Origin: Thiotrichaceae bacterium UBA7359 | GTDB lineage: Bacteria; Pseudomonadota; Gammaproteobacteria; Eutrophobiales; Eutrophobiaceae | Length of the DNA: 35,953 bases | NCBI GenBank assembly: GCA_905182825.1 | Contig: CAJJDJ010000101.1 | Span: 1-35,953, forward strand | Direction of reading: 5' to 3' | Shown: positions 17,687 to 27,091 of the stretch, one piece after another | Layout of the letters: the number at the start of each line of letters is the position of its first letter | Position numbering within the stretch: the first letter of the stretch is position 1 | Program-made: the position numbers and the translations under genes | The notes under the pieces: model-generated | What the model was told of the DNA's origin: nothing | Database searches by the model: none | Seen by the model: only the letters and a program-made list of their open reading frames with translations

Positions 17687-19462
17687 ATGACAAGATCAGA
17701 TCTAAAGAACATGGACCGTCCTAAGGCAACTAGTCTTAAACCGCTACGGTTAGCGATACCTTTCTTATGTCCTTATGTATTAAGGTTGGTTATTGCATTT
17801 ATTTTTTTAACATTGGCATCAATATCAATGCTAGCTATGCCGGTTGCTATTCGTTATGTCATTGATTTTGGTTTCTCAAACGCCAATGTAAATTCTATTA
17901 ACAAATATTTTATCGCATTACTTGTTCTTGCCATTTTTTTTGCTATATTTGCATCACTCCGTTATTACCTAGTTATGTGGATAGGTGAACGGGTAGTCGC
18001 AGATATACGTTATAGCGTTTATAAACATATCATAAAAATGAGCCCTACATTTTTTGAAGTGACACGTACTGGTGAAGTTTTATCTCGACTGACAACCGAT
18101 ACCGTCCTAGTGCAAACAGTTTTTGGTGCAGGCATATCGATTGCCCTACGTAGTTTATTTAGTGTCATTGGATGTTTGATTATGCTGTTCGTGACTAGCC
18201 CGCAACTAACGCTCATTATTTTAGTGCTAATCCCCATAGTAGTAGTGCCTGTACTATTATATGGTCGTAAAGTGAGAAAGCTTTCTCGAGCCAATCAGGA
18301 TCGTATTGCAGACTCAAGTAGCATTGCTAGTGAATCGCTATATGCAGTCCATTTAGTTCAAGCGTTTACTTTAGAAAATTTTTTTGGCGAACGGTTTAGT
18401 CAGTCAGTAGAAGAAACATTTAAAACAGCACGACAGCGCTTAAAAATTAGTTCCTTGTTATCTGGTACGATCATATTAACAACCTTTGGCACAATGATCA
18501 TTGTGCTCTGGATCGGTGCATATGCCGTTGTTGATGGTACTATGAGCCCTGGTACATTGGGACAGTTTTTATTGTATGCCACCTTTCTTGGCGGAAGTAC
18601 GACTTCCCTTGGCGAAGTCTGGAATGATATTCAACGTGCTGCAGGTGCAATGGAACGCTTGATGGAACTACTTCATATGCAATCTGATATAATATCGCCA
18701 CAAAATATCGTCGTATTACCCAGAGAAGGACAAGGGCATCTACAGATCAAGGATGTTTGTTTTAATTACCCATCACGCCCCAAAACAGAGTCGTTGAAGC
18801 AATTTAATCTTGAAATAAAACCAGGTGAAACTATTGCAATAGTAGGGCCTTCAGGGGCAGGTAAAAGCACATTGTTTCAATTGCTATTACGTTTCTATGA
18901 TCCCCAATCAGGTCAGATTCTGATAGATGGCGTGGATATCAAAAAAACCAATCTAGAAGTAGTGCGACAACGTATTTCATTAGTACCACAAAGCACAGTC
19001 TTATTCGCAACAACAGCAATGGAAAACATCCGTTATGGTAAATTTATGGCGACAGATGAAGAAGTAATTAATGCTGCCCATGCCGCGAATGCCGATGAGT
19101 TTATTGAAAAACTACCTGAAGCCTATCAAAGTTTTCTGGGTGAAAAAGGCGTTCGTTTATCAGGTGGTCAACAACAACGCATTGCTATTGCCCGTGCGAT
19201 ATTAAAGAATTCACCTATCATTTTATTGGATGAAGCTACTAGCGCGCTTGATTCTGAAAGTGAAAAACTAGTACAAGCTGCACTTAATCAGCTTATGCAA
19301 GATCATACGATGCTGGTGATAGCTCATCGCCTATCAACAGTTATCAAAGCTGACCGCATCGTTGTGATGGACGAAGGAAAGATTGTTGATATTGGTCAGC
19401 ACCAGGAATTGATGCAAAAGGGTGGTATATACAAACGACTTGCTGAACTTCAGTCTTGGTAA
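17687..19462 (+). CDS. ABC transporter permease/ATP-binding protein (type I exporter, ABCB/MsbA-like half transporter)
   Basis: Six-TM exporter domain followed by Walker A GPSGAGKST, signature LSGGQQQR, Walker B ILLDEATSALD, and an H-loop AHRLST. Confidence 0.88.
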   Translation: MTRSDLKNMDRPKATSLKPLRLAIPFLCPYVLRLVIAFIFLTLASISMLAMPVAIRYVIDFGFSNANVNSINKYFIALLVLAIFFAIFASLRYYLVMWIGERVVADIRYSVYKHIIKMSPTFFEVTRTGEVLSRLTTDTVLVQTVFGAGISIALRSLFSVIGCLIMLFVTSPQLTLIILVLIPIVVVPVLLYGRKVRKLSRANQDRIADSSSIASESLYAVHLVQAFTLENFFGERFSQSVEETFKTARQRLKISSLLSGTIILTTFGTMIIVLWIGAYAVVDGTMSPGTLGQFLLYATFLGGSTTSLGEVWNDIQRAAGAMERLMELLHMQSDIISPQNIVVLPREGQGHLQIKDVCFNYPSRPKTESLKQFNLEIKPGETIAIVGPSGAGKSTLFQLLLRFYDPQSGQILIDGVDIKKTNLEVVRQRISLVPQSTVLFATTAMENIRYGKFMATDEEVINAAHAANADEFIEKLPEAYQSFLGEKGVRLSGGQQQRIAIARAILKNSPIILLDEATSALDSESEKLVQAALNQLMQDHTMLVIAHRLSTVIKADRIVVMDEGKIVDIGQHQELMQKGGIYKRLAELQSW

Positions 19463-19867
19463 AATGACATGTTGAAAGATAGCCGTATTGATTAATCAGC
19501 GATTTTAGAATTACTGCATCAGATGCTCAATAACAGATGCTTTTCGCATTTAAAAAATACTACTGATTGTAAATTATTTTTTATCAAAGCATGATGTTAA
19601 TCTCTTTATGAATATGATGCCTCTTGTTTTTTGAAGTTTTACTAGTTGTAATTATTGTTTGATTATAATGTCAATAAGATGAACAACATATTCTAAATTT
19701 ACAGAATTTTTCCATATTAAGTAGCTAAGGGACTATACTTGTCTCTTCGATTGAAGTGCAATGTCGGTAATTATCTTCTTCTGAAGTCTTTTAGAATAAA
19801 ATTTTTATTCAGTTATCCGACTAATATTTAGTATGTTAAATCTAATTGATCTTAAGGAGCCTATTGT

Positions 19868-20044
19868 ATGAAAGTCGGTATCATCATTTTGAATGCTATG
19901 TTTTTGTTGTTGCTTGTCAGTGTGCTTATTGCTGAGTGGGGTAAAGGCACATCAATGCTAGCGGGAGTTGCTATTTTAAATACACTCATTAATACTGTGT
20001 TTATTTTTTTTAACGTTGATAATGATTTTAAAATAAACACCTAA
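19868..20044 (+). CDS. Small hydrophobic protein, 58 aa, two predicted TM helices (not in the supplied ORF track)
   Basis: An ATG at 19868 is preceded by AAGGAG (19854-19859) at 8-nt spacing. Product: MKVGIIILNAMFLLLLVSVLIAEWGKGTSMLAGVAILNTLINTVFIFFNVDNDFKINT, ending at TAA 20042-20044. No family recognised. Confidence 0.55.
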   Translation: MKVGIIILNAMFLLLLVSVLIAEWGKGTSMLAGVAILNTLINTVFIFFNVDNDFKINT

Positions 20045-20384
20045 CGCTTATACTCTCAATGCCTCAAATGAAATAGAAATTATATTTTCTAGACATTGAG
20101 ATGTTCGTCTCATTATACGATTAAATCGATCTTCAGGTATTTTTCTCAAAACTATTCCGTGAAATAATTATGGTCATCACATTTTAGGAGTGTCTTGAAC
20201 GATGAACTTCTTCTTAATAAATTAGAAGTCTTCATTCTTTAGATAATGACAGATAATATGATGTTCTATAGTCCAAGGCAGTACGTTTATTTTTTTATAA
20301 AAATTTTCTTGTTGATAATAATTTAGGTTTATTTGGCAAGTAATTATTCTCTTTTTAAATATTTTAGTCTTCGGAGTTTGTCCC

Positions 20385-20930
20385 ATGAGTAATTCATTAA
20401 TTGATCAGTTAAAAAACGCAGGGCTTGTTCATAAGGAAAAGGTACACAAAGTCAAGCATGCTCAATATGAAAATAAAAAGCAGAAGATAAAAAAAGGTTC
20501 GATTATGCAATTAGACGAAACTAAAATCATGGTTAAGGATGCGGATGCAAGAAAAGTCGAACGTGATCAACAAATTAATATGAAAAAAAAAGAGGAAATA
20601 GAAACTAAGGCGATTGTTGAACAGATCATTCAGTTAATCAAAACTAATCGCATTGGGGAACGAGACGGTGTGCTTGTTTATAACTTTGCGGATGTTAATG
20701 TCATTAGACAGTTATACGTTTCAGATGAAATACATAAACAACTTGTTTCCAGAAAATTAATCATAGTTAAATCAGGTGAAAATTATGAACTGGTGCCCAA
20801 ATCGGTAGCAGAGAGAATCAAACAACTTGACGCAAATTATATTATCAATAATGACTATGATCTTGAATTAGTAGCTGAAGAAAAAGATGCTTATACAGAT
20901 TATAAAATACCAGAAGATCTGATTTGGTAA
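20385..20930 (+). CDS. yaiL: DUF2058 family protein (YaiL-like, nucleoprotein/polynucleotide-associated)
   Basis: The N-terminus SLIDQLKNAGLV, a lysine-rich coiled segment, and the C-terminus DAYTDYKIPEDLIW parallel E. coli YaiL (LQEQLLKAGLV ... DPYADFKVPDDLMW) from memory. Confidence 0.65.
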   Translation: MSNSLIDQLKNAGLVHKEKVHKVKHAQYENKKQKIKKGSIMQLDETKIMVKDADARKVERDQQINMKKKEEIETKAIVEQIIQLIKTNRIGERDGVLVYNFADVNVIRQLYVSDEIHKQLVSRKLIIVKSGENYELVPKSVAERIKQLDANYIINNDYDLELVAEEKDAYTDYKIPEDLIW

Positions 20931-21057
20931 GTGAAAATCATTATAGTGCTTGCTTTAACTTTATTCTCTATATTGATGGATTTATAGTCGATAACTACTT
21001 GCAGTTATCGAAAAATATTCGCCATTGATATGAGATAAAAATGTGAAAAAGCAAGCT

Positions 21058-21107
21058 TAACTCACAGTTCTAAGTGAGGACTTAGTTGAGTTATATTTTT
21101 TATTTTT
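21058..21107 (+). terminator. Rho-independent-terminator-like element about 130 nt downstream of the yaiL-like stop
   Basis: Outer stem taactca/tgagtta and inner stem ctaag/cttag (21058-21093), followed by tatttttt-attttt. An internal asymmetric loop weakens it. Confidence 0.45.
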
Positions 21108-21355
21108 GGTCTAGATATTTTCATTATGATTATTGGGAAAGAATTTCAGAATGAAAAATTTCACTATGCATATTCTCTAGTTTTTTTTAAAAAAATTTAG
21201 ATGTTACATTTAATTTTATATTAACAAACAGTTTTTCTGCATCAAAAACATCTATGGATGTTTAACATATAGTCTGCTTTTCATATATGTAATAAGTATT
21301 TATGGAAATGAAGCTTATCTTCATCTATTTTGTTTGAGATTATCAGAAATATTGT

Positions 21356-21364
21356 TGCTATAAT
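21356..21364 (+). promoter_or_regulatory. Extended -10 promoter element (TGcTATAAT) for the DUF1840 gene
   Basis: A TG at 21356-21357 and TATAAT at 21359-21364, about 37 nt upstream of the ATG at 21401. No good -35 is seen, which is consistent with extended -10 promoters. Confidence 0.45.
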
Positions 21365-21400
21365 ATAGTGACTGTTTAATGTGTCTTAAGATAGGCAATC

Positions 21401-21715
21401 ATGGCTATAATTTTCTCATCCAATGCGACTGGCAATATAATCATGTTTAGTGATGTTGCAGAACAGATGCTTAAAATGATGGGTCACAGTGGTACGATAC
21501 CGAGTGCTATCGCGGCAAAAGATGTCGCTGCGGCACTGGCGCGACTTAAGGCTGCAGTTGAATTATCGAATAATCAGAAGACTGTTGAAATCGGTGTTGG
21601 AGCAAATATTGAAGATGTGTCAAAGGTTAGCATTGTGAATCGTGCATTTCCTTTAATTAAAATGCTGACTAGAGCCGCTGAAGAAGATTGTGGTGTCATT
21701 TGGCGTAAACAGTAG
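21401..21715 (+). CDS. DUF1840 domain-containing protein
   Basis: The N-terminus F-S-x-ATGNIIMFSDVAEQMLKMMG and the AAALARLKAAV segment match my recollection of the DUF1840 family pattern (FKS-x-A-GDVIM...). 104 aa. Confidence 0.55.
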   Translation: MAIIFSSNATGNIIMFSDVAEQMLKMMGHSGTIPSAIAAKDVAAALARLKAAVELSNNQKTVEIGVGANIEDVSKVSIVNRAFPLIKMLTRAAEEDCGVIWRKQ

Positions 21716-21946
21716 TCGACATTTTAATTTTTCATCAATACTCAGATATACTTCAAATGACAGAATTAAACGTTGCTTAATACTGTTTCAAAGTGTATCT
21801 ATAATCGGTCTAGTGCTTTAATGAATAAATTAAAATTTTTATTAAACACTAATAGTGTTCTGCAACTGTCTATAAAATAGAAATGGTCAGTGAATTATTT
21901 TATCTGCCATATTTATTAAAATTAACTGTTAATAGAAAATAATATT

Positions 21947-22375
21947 ATGATTAATGTTCAAACATGGGTCGTGCTGAGCGATGGTAGATACATCAAAATT
22001 TTGATAAACAAAGGTGAAGGAAAGGCACTTACCATCTTAAATGCCGATGATATGCCAGCTTATGCGGACCTTTGTTATTTGATGGTTAATGGTAAACCAT
22101 TGAACGGTGTTGGTGATTTAGCTATATCGAGTAAAATAAATAATGTTCAGTGCCAGGCAAATTTTTTAACAGAACATCATAAGTTGGGTATGTTTGACTA
22201 TCTTGCAATTGCAGCACCGGCAGATGTGCTAACAAGATTAAAAAATATCTTGCCCGCAGAGCTATTGAAATTAGTAATCGGTGAGATAATGGAAGACCTT
22301 TCCGTGGAAACTAATTCTGAAATCGAAAATAGATTTTCTGGTATAATTCACGCAATGTTAGATATTACAGTCTGA
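21947..22375 (+). CDS. Host-attachment family protein (Host_attach; bacterial aeRF1-like fold family)
   Basis: The N-terminal TWVVLSDG strand motif and the C-terminal YLAIAAPADVLTRLKNILPAELLKLVIGEIMEDLS...IENRF match the family pattern (..LVVVAPP..LG.LR..L...V...V..E..KDLT......I...). Confidence 0.55.
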   Translation: MINVQTWVVLSDGRYIKILINKGEGKALTILNADDMPAYADLCYLMVNGKPLNGVGDLAISSKINNVQCQANFLTEHHKLGMFDYLAIAAPADVLTRLKNILPAELLKLVIGEIMEDLSVETNSEIENRFSGIIHAMLDITV

Positions 22376-22639
22376 AGTGGTATCGCTGATTCCTCCCCAC
22401 CAAATTCTATAGGACAGTTGGTGAAAAAAATATCAACTGTAAGGAATCAAAACCATGATTAAGTGTGATGGTGCTATTTTCATCAATCGGCATGTGTCGT
22501 ACTGAAGAGGTAAACTTTTTTATAATAATGGGAATAAACTGCATCTTTCGAAAGATATTTATGTGTACAACTCAGAATGATTATAATTAGTATGTCTAAT
22601 CGGATAGTAATCGAAGCTCATAGCTCAGGTATTACAATA

Positions 22640-23374
22640 TCAATATTCTTTCTGTGCTATGTAGACAGTGCAAGATGACTTTCCTCCTGTGTATGGGTTA
22701 TGGAAATTAACGATATGTGACTCAGCTGATCGAAATACTGATTCTAATAGATCTATGAAATCATGATCTGGTGTGTCGTTTGACCAGACACCAAAGATAC
22801 CGCCTGGTAATATTTTTTTAGATAAGTTTTTTAATGAGGGAGTGGTATAAAATAAACTATTTTCTTCATTTAGCCAATGTCGCGGTGAATGGTCAATGTC
22901 AAGTAACACGGCATGCACTAAATTTCCTGATTTTTCTTTATCAAAACTATTACAATCAGCAGAAGCAAGAGCAAAGAAATCATCATGAACCATCACGCAA
23001 CGTGAGTCAGCTGTTAACTCATTGCCAAGTGGGACAATGCCACGCTTGTGCCAATCAATCACTGGTTTCATGACTTCAATAATCTGTAATGATTTGACTG
23101 TATGATCTTTTAATGTGGCAACTGCAGTATAACCCAGACCTAAACCACCAATAATAATATCTAATCCATCAGAATATTTTTCTTTAAGTGCAGTTAGGAC
23201 TAATTTTGAAAGTTGGGTTTCGGATTCGGTAAATAGGCTTGACATGAGAAACTCGTCTCCAAGCTTTATTTCATAAAGAATCATGTTGTTGAACCGGGGT
23301 TCTGATCGACGTCTAAGGCTGATATCCCCAAGAGGCGTTGTTTGAAAATCTAATTCCTCAAAAATAATCGACAT
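22640..23374 (-). CDS. Spermidine-synthase-like / class I SAM-dependent transferase family protein
   Basis: EELDFQTTPLGDISLRRR...YEIKLGDEFLMSS N-terminus, a Rossmann glycine motif IIIGGLGLGYT, and the acidic LLDIDHSP. Sits 4 nt downstream of ybiT on the same strand. Confidence 0.6.
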   Translation of the reverse strand: MSIIFEELDFQTTPLGDISLRRRSEPRFNNMILYEIKLGDEFLMSSLFTESETQLSKLVLTALKEKYSDGLDIIIGGLGLGYTAVATLKDHTVKSLQIIEVMKPVIDWHKRGIVPLGNELTADSRCVMVHDDFFALASADCNSFDKEKSGNLVHAVLLDIDHSPRHWLNEENSLFYTTPSLKNLSKKILPGGIFGVWSNDTPDHDFIDLLESVFRSAESHIVNFHNPYTGGKSSCTVYIAQKEY

Positions 23375-23378
23375 TTGA

Positions 23379-24995
23379 TTATCTGGAGTTAACTATTGTC
23401 TTTGTATCATTCTGCTGACTTATTAAATATTCGTCATAGGAACCTTGAAAGTCGATCAATTTATTGTCTTTTATTTCTATGATTCGAGTTGCCAATGAAG
23501 AAACAAACTGACGATCGTGACTAACAAAAATTAATGTTCCCTCGTAATATTCCAGTGCTAGGTTTAAAGCTTCGATCGCTTCCATATCCAGATGATTTGT
23601 AGGTTCATCCATTATTAAGACATTTGTTTCTTGCAGCATCAATTTACCAAACAATAAACGATTTTTTTCACCACCGGAACATACATCAACTTTTTTGTTA
23701 AAGTCATCTGTTGAAAACAAGAGACGTCCCAATGTTGCGCGAATAGCTTGATCATCATGCTTAGGTTGACGCCATCGACTCATCCAATCAAACAGGTTTA
23801 CGTCAGAGGTAAAGATGGCAGCTGTATCCTGTGGACAGTATGACTGAGTTGCATTCTCGGCCCATTTTATAGTGCCAATACTTTGTGTGATTTCATTCAT
23901 AAGACAGCTTAATAGGGTTGATTTTCCTGCGCCATTCTCACCGATAACGGCTAGACGTGCACCTGCTTCAAGAATAATATTACCCTTGCTGAATAATATT
24001 TCATCATCATAACTATGCCCCAAGTTTTCGATGGTTAATGCAAGGCGATGTAATTTTTTTATTTGATTAAAACGAATGAAGGGACTGACGCGACTAGAAG
24101 GTTTAACCTCATCCAGTTTAATTTTTTCGAGCTGCTTAGCGCGAGAAGTTGCTTGTTTAGCCTTTGATGCATTAGCCGAAAAGCGACTCACAAATTGTTG
24201 CAATTCTGTTATTTGTGTTGATTTTTTTGCATTCTCAGAATGTAAACGTTCGCGTGCCTGTGTCGATGCAATCATGAAGTTATCGTAGTTGCCAGGGTAA
24301 ACACGTAATTCGCCGTAATCAATATCAGCAATGTGTGTACATACGGCATTTAGGAAATGTCTATCATGAGAAATGATGACCATGGTGCTTTTGCGATTAT
24401 TTAGTACGGTCTCTAACCAGCGAATAGTATTTATGTCGAGGTTATTAGTTGGTTCATCAAGTAAAAGGATGTCAGGATCTGAAAACAGGGCCTGAGCTAA
24501 TAGGACACGTAGTTTCCAACCTGGTGCCACTTCACTCATTCGACCGTCATGTAATTCTAGTTCTATACCTGCACTGATGAGTAATTCACCAGCTCGGCTT
24601 TCTGCGCTATAACCATCCATTTCGCCGAATCTGATTTCAAGTTCGGCAACTTTCATACCATCTTCTTCAGTCATTTCAGATAAGGAATAAATTCGATCAC
24701 GCTCTTCTTTCACTTCCCACAATTCTGTGTGACCCATAATGACTGTGTCGATAACACCGTAATCTTCAAAGGCGAATTGGTCTTGATGTAATCTGCCTAT
24801 ACGATCTGTTGGTCCAATGGAGATATTACCTGATGTTGGTGCAAGATTGCCATCAAGGATCTTCATGAAGGTCGATTTACCACAACCATTGGCTCCAATC
24901 AGACCATAGCGGTTACTATCGCTGAATTTAACTGAAATATTTTCAAATAATGGCTTCGCGCCAAACTGCATGGTGATGTTTGCTGTTGAGATCAA
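23379..24995 (-). CDS. ybiT: ABC-F family ATPase YbiT (two ABC domains, no TM domain)
   Basis: Near-colinear with E. coli YbiT as I remember it ([39 protein letters not shown]...). Two Walker A/signature/Walker B sets. TTG start with AGGA 7 nt upstream. Confidence 0.9.
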   Translation of the reverse strand: MISTANITMQFGAKPLFENISVKFSDSNRYGLIGANGCGKSTFMKILDGNLAPTSGNISIGPTDRIGRLHQDQFAFEDYGVIDTVIMGHTELWEVKEERDRIYSLSEMTEEDGMKVAELEIRFGEMDGYSAESRAGELLISAGIELELHDGRMSEVAPGWKLRVLLAQALFSDPDILLLDEPTNNLDINTIRWLETVLNNRKSTMVIISHDRHFLNAVCTHIADIDYGELRVYPGNYDNFMIASTQARERLHSENAKKSTQITELQQFVSRFSANASKAKQATSRAKQLEKIKLDEVKPSSRVSPFIRFNQIKKLHRLALTIENLGHSYDDEILFSKGNIILEAGARLAVIGENGAGKSTLLSCLMNEITQSIGTIKWAENATQSYCPQDTAAIFTSDVNLFDWMSRWRQPKHDDQAIRATLGRLLFSTDDFNKKVDVCSGGEKNRLLFGKLMLQETNVLIMDEPTNHLDMEAIEALNLALEYYEGTLIFVSHDRQFVSSLATRIIEIKDNKLIDFQGSYDEYLISQQNDTKTIVNSR

Positions 24996-25076
24996 TGGAA
25001 TTTCCTAAGTACTGTTGAATGAGCTATTTAAATGGTGGCGTACTATAGGTGTTTCATGTTGATACGTCGAGTTAAA

Positions 25077-25265
25077 CTATGCGAAATCGACAATTACCAT
25101 GCTGTTCTTTTTGAAGCCTGCAGATGCCTTAGTCTTTACGGCTTTATTCTGAGCCCTGCTGCATCGTGTTTCGCCTGTTAATTTGCTCTCTCTTATCGAG
25201 TTATATTCTGTGGCCAATCTTTGAAACTCGGGGAAAAAATTTGGCGTAAACCGGACGGCATCCAT
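25077..25265 (-). CDS. Hypothetical 62-aa ORF in the ybiT upstream region (73 aa if started at the TTG at 25298); may be non-coding
   Basis: This is the only ORF in a 390-nt gap. Local GC looks coding-like, but there is no Shine-Dalgarno before either start and no family is recognised. Confidence 0.25.
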   Translation of the reverse strand: MDAVRFTPNFFPEFQRLATEYNSIRESKLTGETRCSRAQNKAVKTKASAGFKKNSMVIVDFA

Positions 25266-25384
25266 CGAAGTAATTTTAGAGTATATGAGATAATACAATC
25301 TAATGCAGATTCATAAGATGCTTAGTTTGCTATGCTGCTATTACTTTGTTTAGCTATGATCTGCTAGAAATCCAATCAAATTAA

Positions 25385-26809
25385 TCAACGCAATCTACGA
25401 ATTTTAAACATACGCCCTTTTATTTTTCCTTCTGAAAGTACTTCCAAAGCTTTTCTTGAAATTGCATGTTCTACAGCGACATAAGCTAGCTTGTCAAAGA
25501 TATCAATTTTTCCAATTTGATCACCTGTAAGCTCAGTGTTGCCTGTTAAGGCTCCGAGAATATCACCCGCACGCATCTTATCTTTACGACCGGCATTGAT
25601 GCATAGTGTCACCATTTTTGGATAGAACTTGATGTTTTTTTTAATACTAAGAGAGGCTAACTTATTAATTTTTACCGGACTTTTTTTATATTTTTCTATT
25701 GCCTCAACTCTAAATTTTTCAGATCTTATAAAAATACTTAACGCCATCCCTTCTTTATCAGCGCGACCCGTTCGACCAATACGGTGAATATGAATCTCGG
25801 GGTCGGGAGATAGCTCGAAATTAATCACAGCATGTAGTTCTTTAATGTCTAGACCACGTGCGGCAACATCAGTTGCGATTAAAATTGAACAGCTTTTATT
25901 AGAAAACTGTACCAATACTTGATCGCGGTCACGTTGTTCAAGGTCACCATGTAAAGCTAGCGCATGAAAGTCCTGTTGCCGTAATTCACTAGCGAGATCT
26001 TGACATTGTTGTTTAGTATTACAAAATACTAAACTTGATTCTGGTTGATAATGCCGTAACAAAGTTATTAATGTCTTTGTTCTTTCGCCTGGAATTATTT
26101 CATAAAAAATCTGTCTAATTTTTTTATCGTCATGCAGACTTTCAATACGAACATCAATCGGGTTTATTTGAATTGCGTTACTGATTTTTTTTATTTCATT
26201 TGGATAGGTTGCAGAAAATAAAAGAGTTTGTCTTTTATGAGGAACCATTTTTATAACGCGCATAATCTCCTCATGAAAACCCATATCTAACATGCGATCA
26301 GCCTCATCTAACACCAGTATTTTCAGATCATTGAGTTTTAATGAACCTTTATCCATATGTTTCAATATTCGTCCCGGTGTACCAACAATAATATGCGGTT
26401 GATGTTCCATCGAAGCGAGTTGTGGAGCCATTGATTTACCTCCACATAAAGTGACTATTTTAGTATTTGAAATTGAACGTGCAAGCCGTCTTATCTCATT
26501 AGTGACTTGGTCGGCGAGCTCACGTGTCGGACAAAGTATCATTGCTTGTACTTTATAAGTCGTGATTTCAAGTTTGTGGAGGAGACCGATAGCAAATGCC
26601 GCAGTTTTGCCACTACCGGTTTTAGCCTGTGCCAACAAGTCTTTGCCTTCCAGAATAGTCGGTAGACTTTGAGCCTGGATTGGTGTCATTGTGAGATATC
26701 CCAATGATTGGATATTTGCCAATTCTTCAGTTCTCAAGGGTAGTGATGAAAAGTTTGCTGTTGTCACTGGCTCTGTATTGGCTTCAAAAAGTGTGGCGCA
26801 TGATAGCAT
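25385..26809 (-). CDS. dbpA: ATP-dependent RNA helicase DbpA (23S rRNA hairpin-92-dependent DEAD-box helicase)
   Basis: Q motif and GYLTMTPIQAQ, AKTGSGKT, DEAD, SAT and HRIGRTGR motifs. The DbpA-specific C-terminal RNA-binding domain (GDILGALTG...IGKIDI...AYVAV...GKIKGR) is present. The start is ambiguous: TTG 26821, ATG 26809, or GTG 26767, which best matches the E. coli N-terminus. Confidence 0.9.
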   Translation of the reverse strand: MLSCATLFEANTEPVTTANFSSLPLRTEELANIQSLGYLTMTPIQAQSLPTILEGKDLLAQAKTGSGKTAAFAIGLLHKLEITTYKVQAMILCPTRELADQVTNEIRRLARSISNTKIVTLCGGKSMAPQLASMEHQPHIIVGTPGRILKHMDKGSLKLNDLKILVLDEADRMLDMGFHEEIMRVIKMVPHKRQTLLFSATYPNEIKKISNAIQINPIDVRIESLHDDKKIRQIFYEIIPGERTKTLITLLRHYQPESSLVFCNTKQQCQDLASELRQQDFHALALHGDLEQRDRDQVLVQFSNKSCSILIATDVAARGLDIKELHAVINFELSPDPEIHIHRIGRTGRADKEGMALSIFIRSEKFRVEAIEKYKKSPVKINKLASLSIKKNIKFYPKMVTLCINAGRKDKMRAGDILGALTGNTELTGDQIGKIDIFDKLAYVAVEHAISRKALEVLSEGKIKGRMFKIRRLR

Positions 26810-27091
26810 TAATAAAAACAAGTCCTATAACAATATTAATTGATGAAAAATAAAGAATATATTGTTTACCTGCTAGCTTGATTCGAAACAGACACTATAA
26901 TGACCCATGTCGTCAACCGTCTTCGGGCTATTTTCCCTCTCTGTATATGTGACTGAGGCAATAGATTTATTAGCAGACCCTAGGATAGATTGGAGTTTAT
27001 GAATTAGCGCATTAATATACACCAACGATCTTTAATTTTAATCAAACAGAGGGTTTATGGCTTTTTGTTGCTTATCGGTTATAGGATTTAG

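Noticed and set aside
20242-20257. A second Fur site: two GATAAT hexamers (GATAATgacaGATAAT) upstream of the yaiL-like gene
   Set aside because: The hexamers are direct repeats with 4-nt spacing. They do not fit the 6-6-6 or 7-1-7 Fur architectures, and such strings are expected by chance in AT-rich DNA.
19798-21843. A shared 12-mer AAAATTTTTATT in two spacers (19798-19809 and 21832-21843) as a common regulatory motif or MITE remnant
   Set aside because: It is pure A/T low-complexity sequence and the flanks do not align. A chance match is likely at this base composition.
22398-22440. Two mutually exclusive hairpins (caccaa/ttggtg and acagttg/caactgt) between convergent genes, as a bidirectional terminator or riboswitch-like switch
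   Set aside because: The stems are only 6-7 bp with 13-14-nt loops, and no U-tract follows on either strand. That is too weak to call without folding energies or conservation.
24996-25384. A known structured RNA (6S RNA, RNase P RNA, 4.5S, tmRNA) in the GC-richer gap
   Set aside because: I could not find the long closing helix and central bubble expected for 6S RNA, nor the conserved SRP or tmRNA motifs. Only short 4-6-bp pairings are visible by eye. The region is retained as an unexplained leader in the findings.
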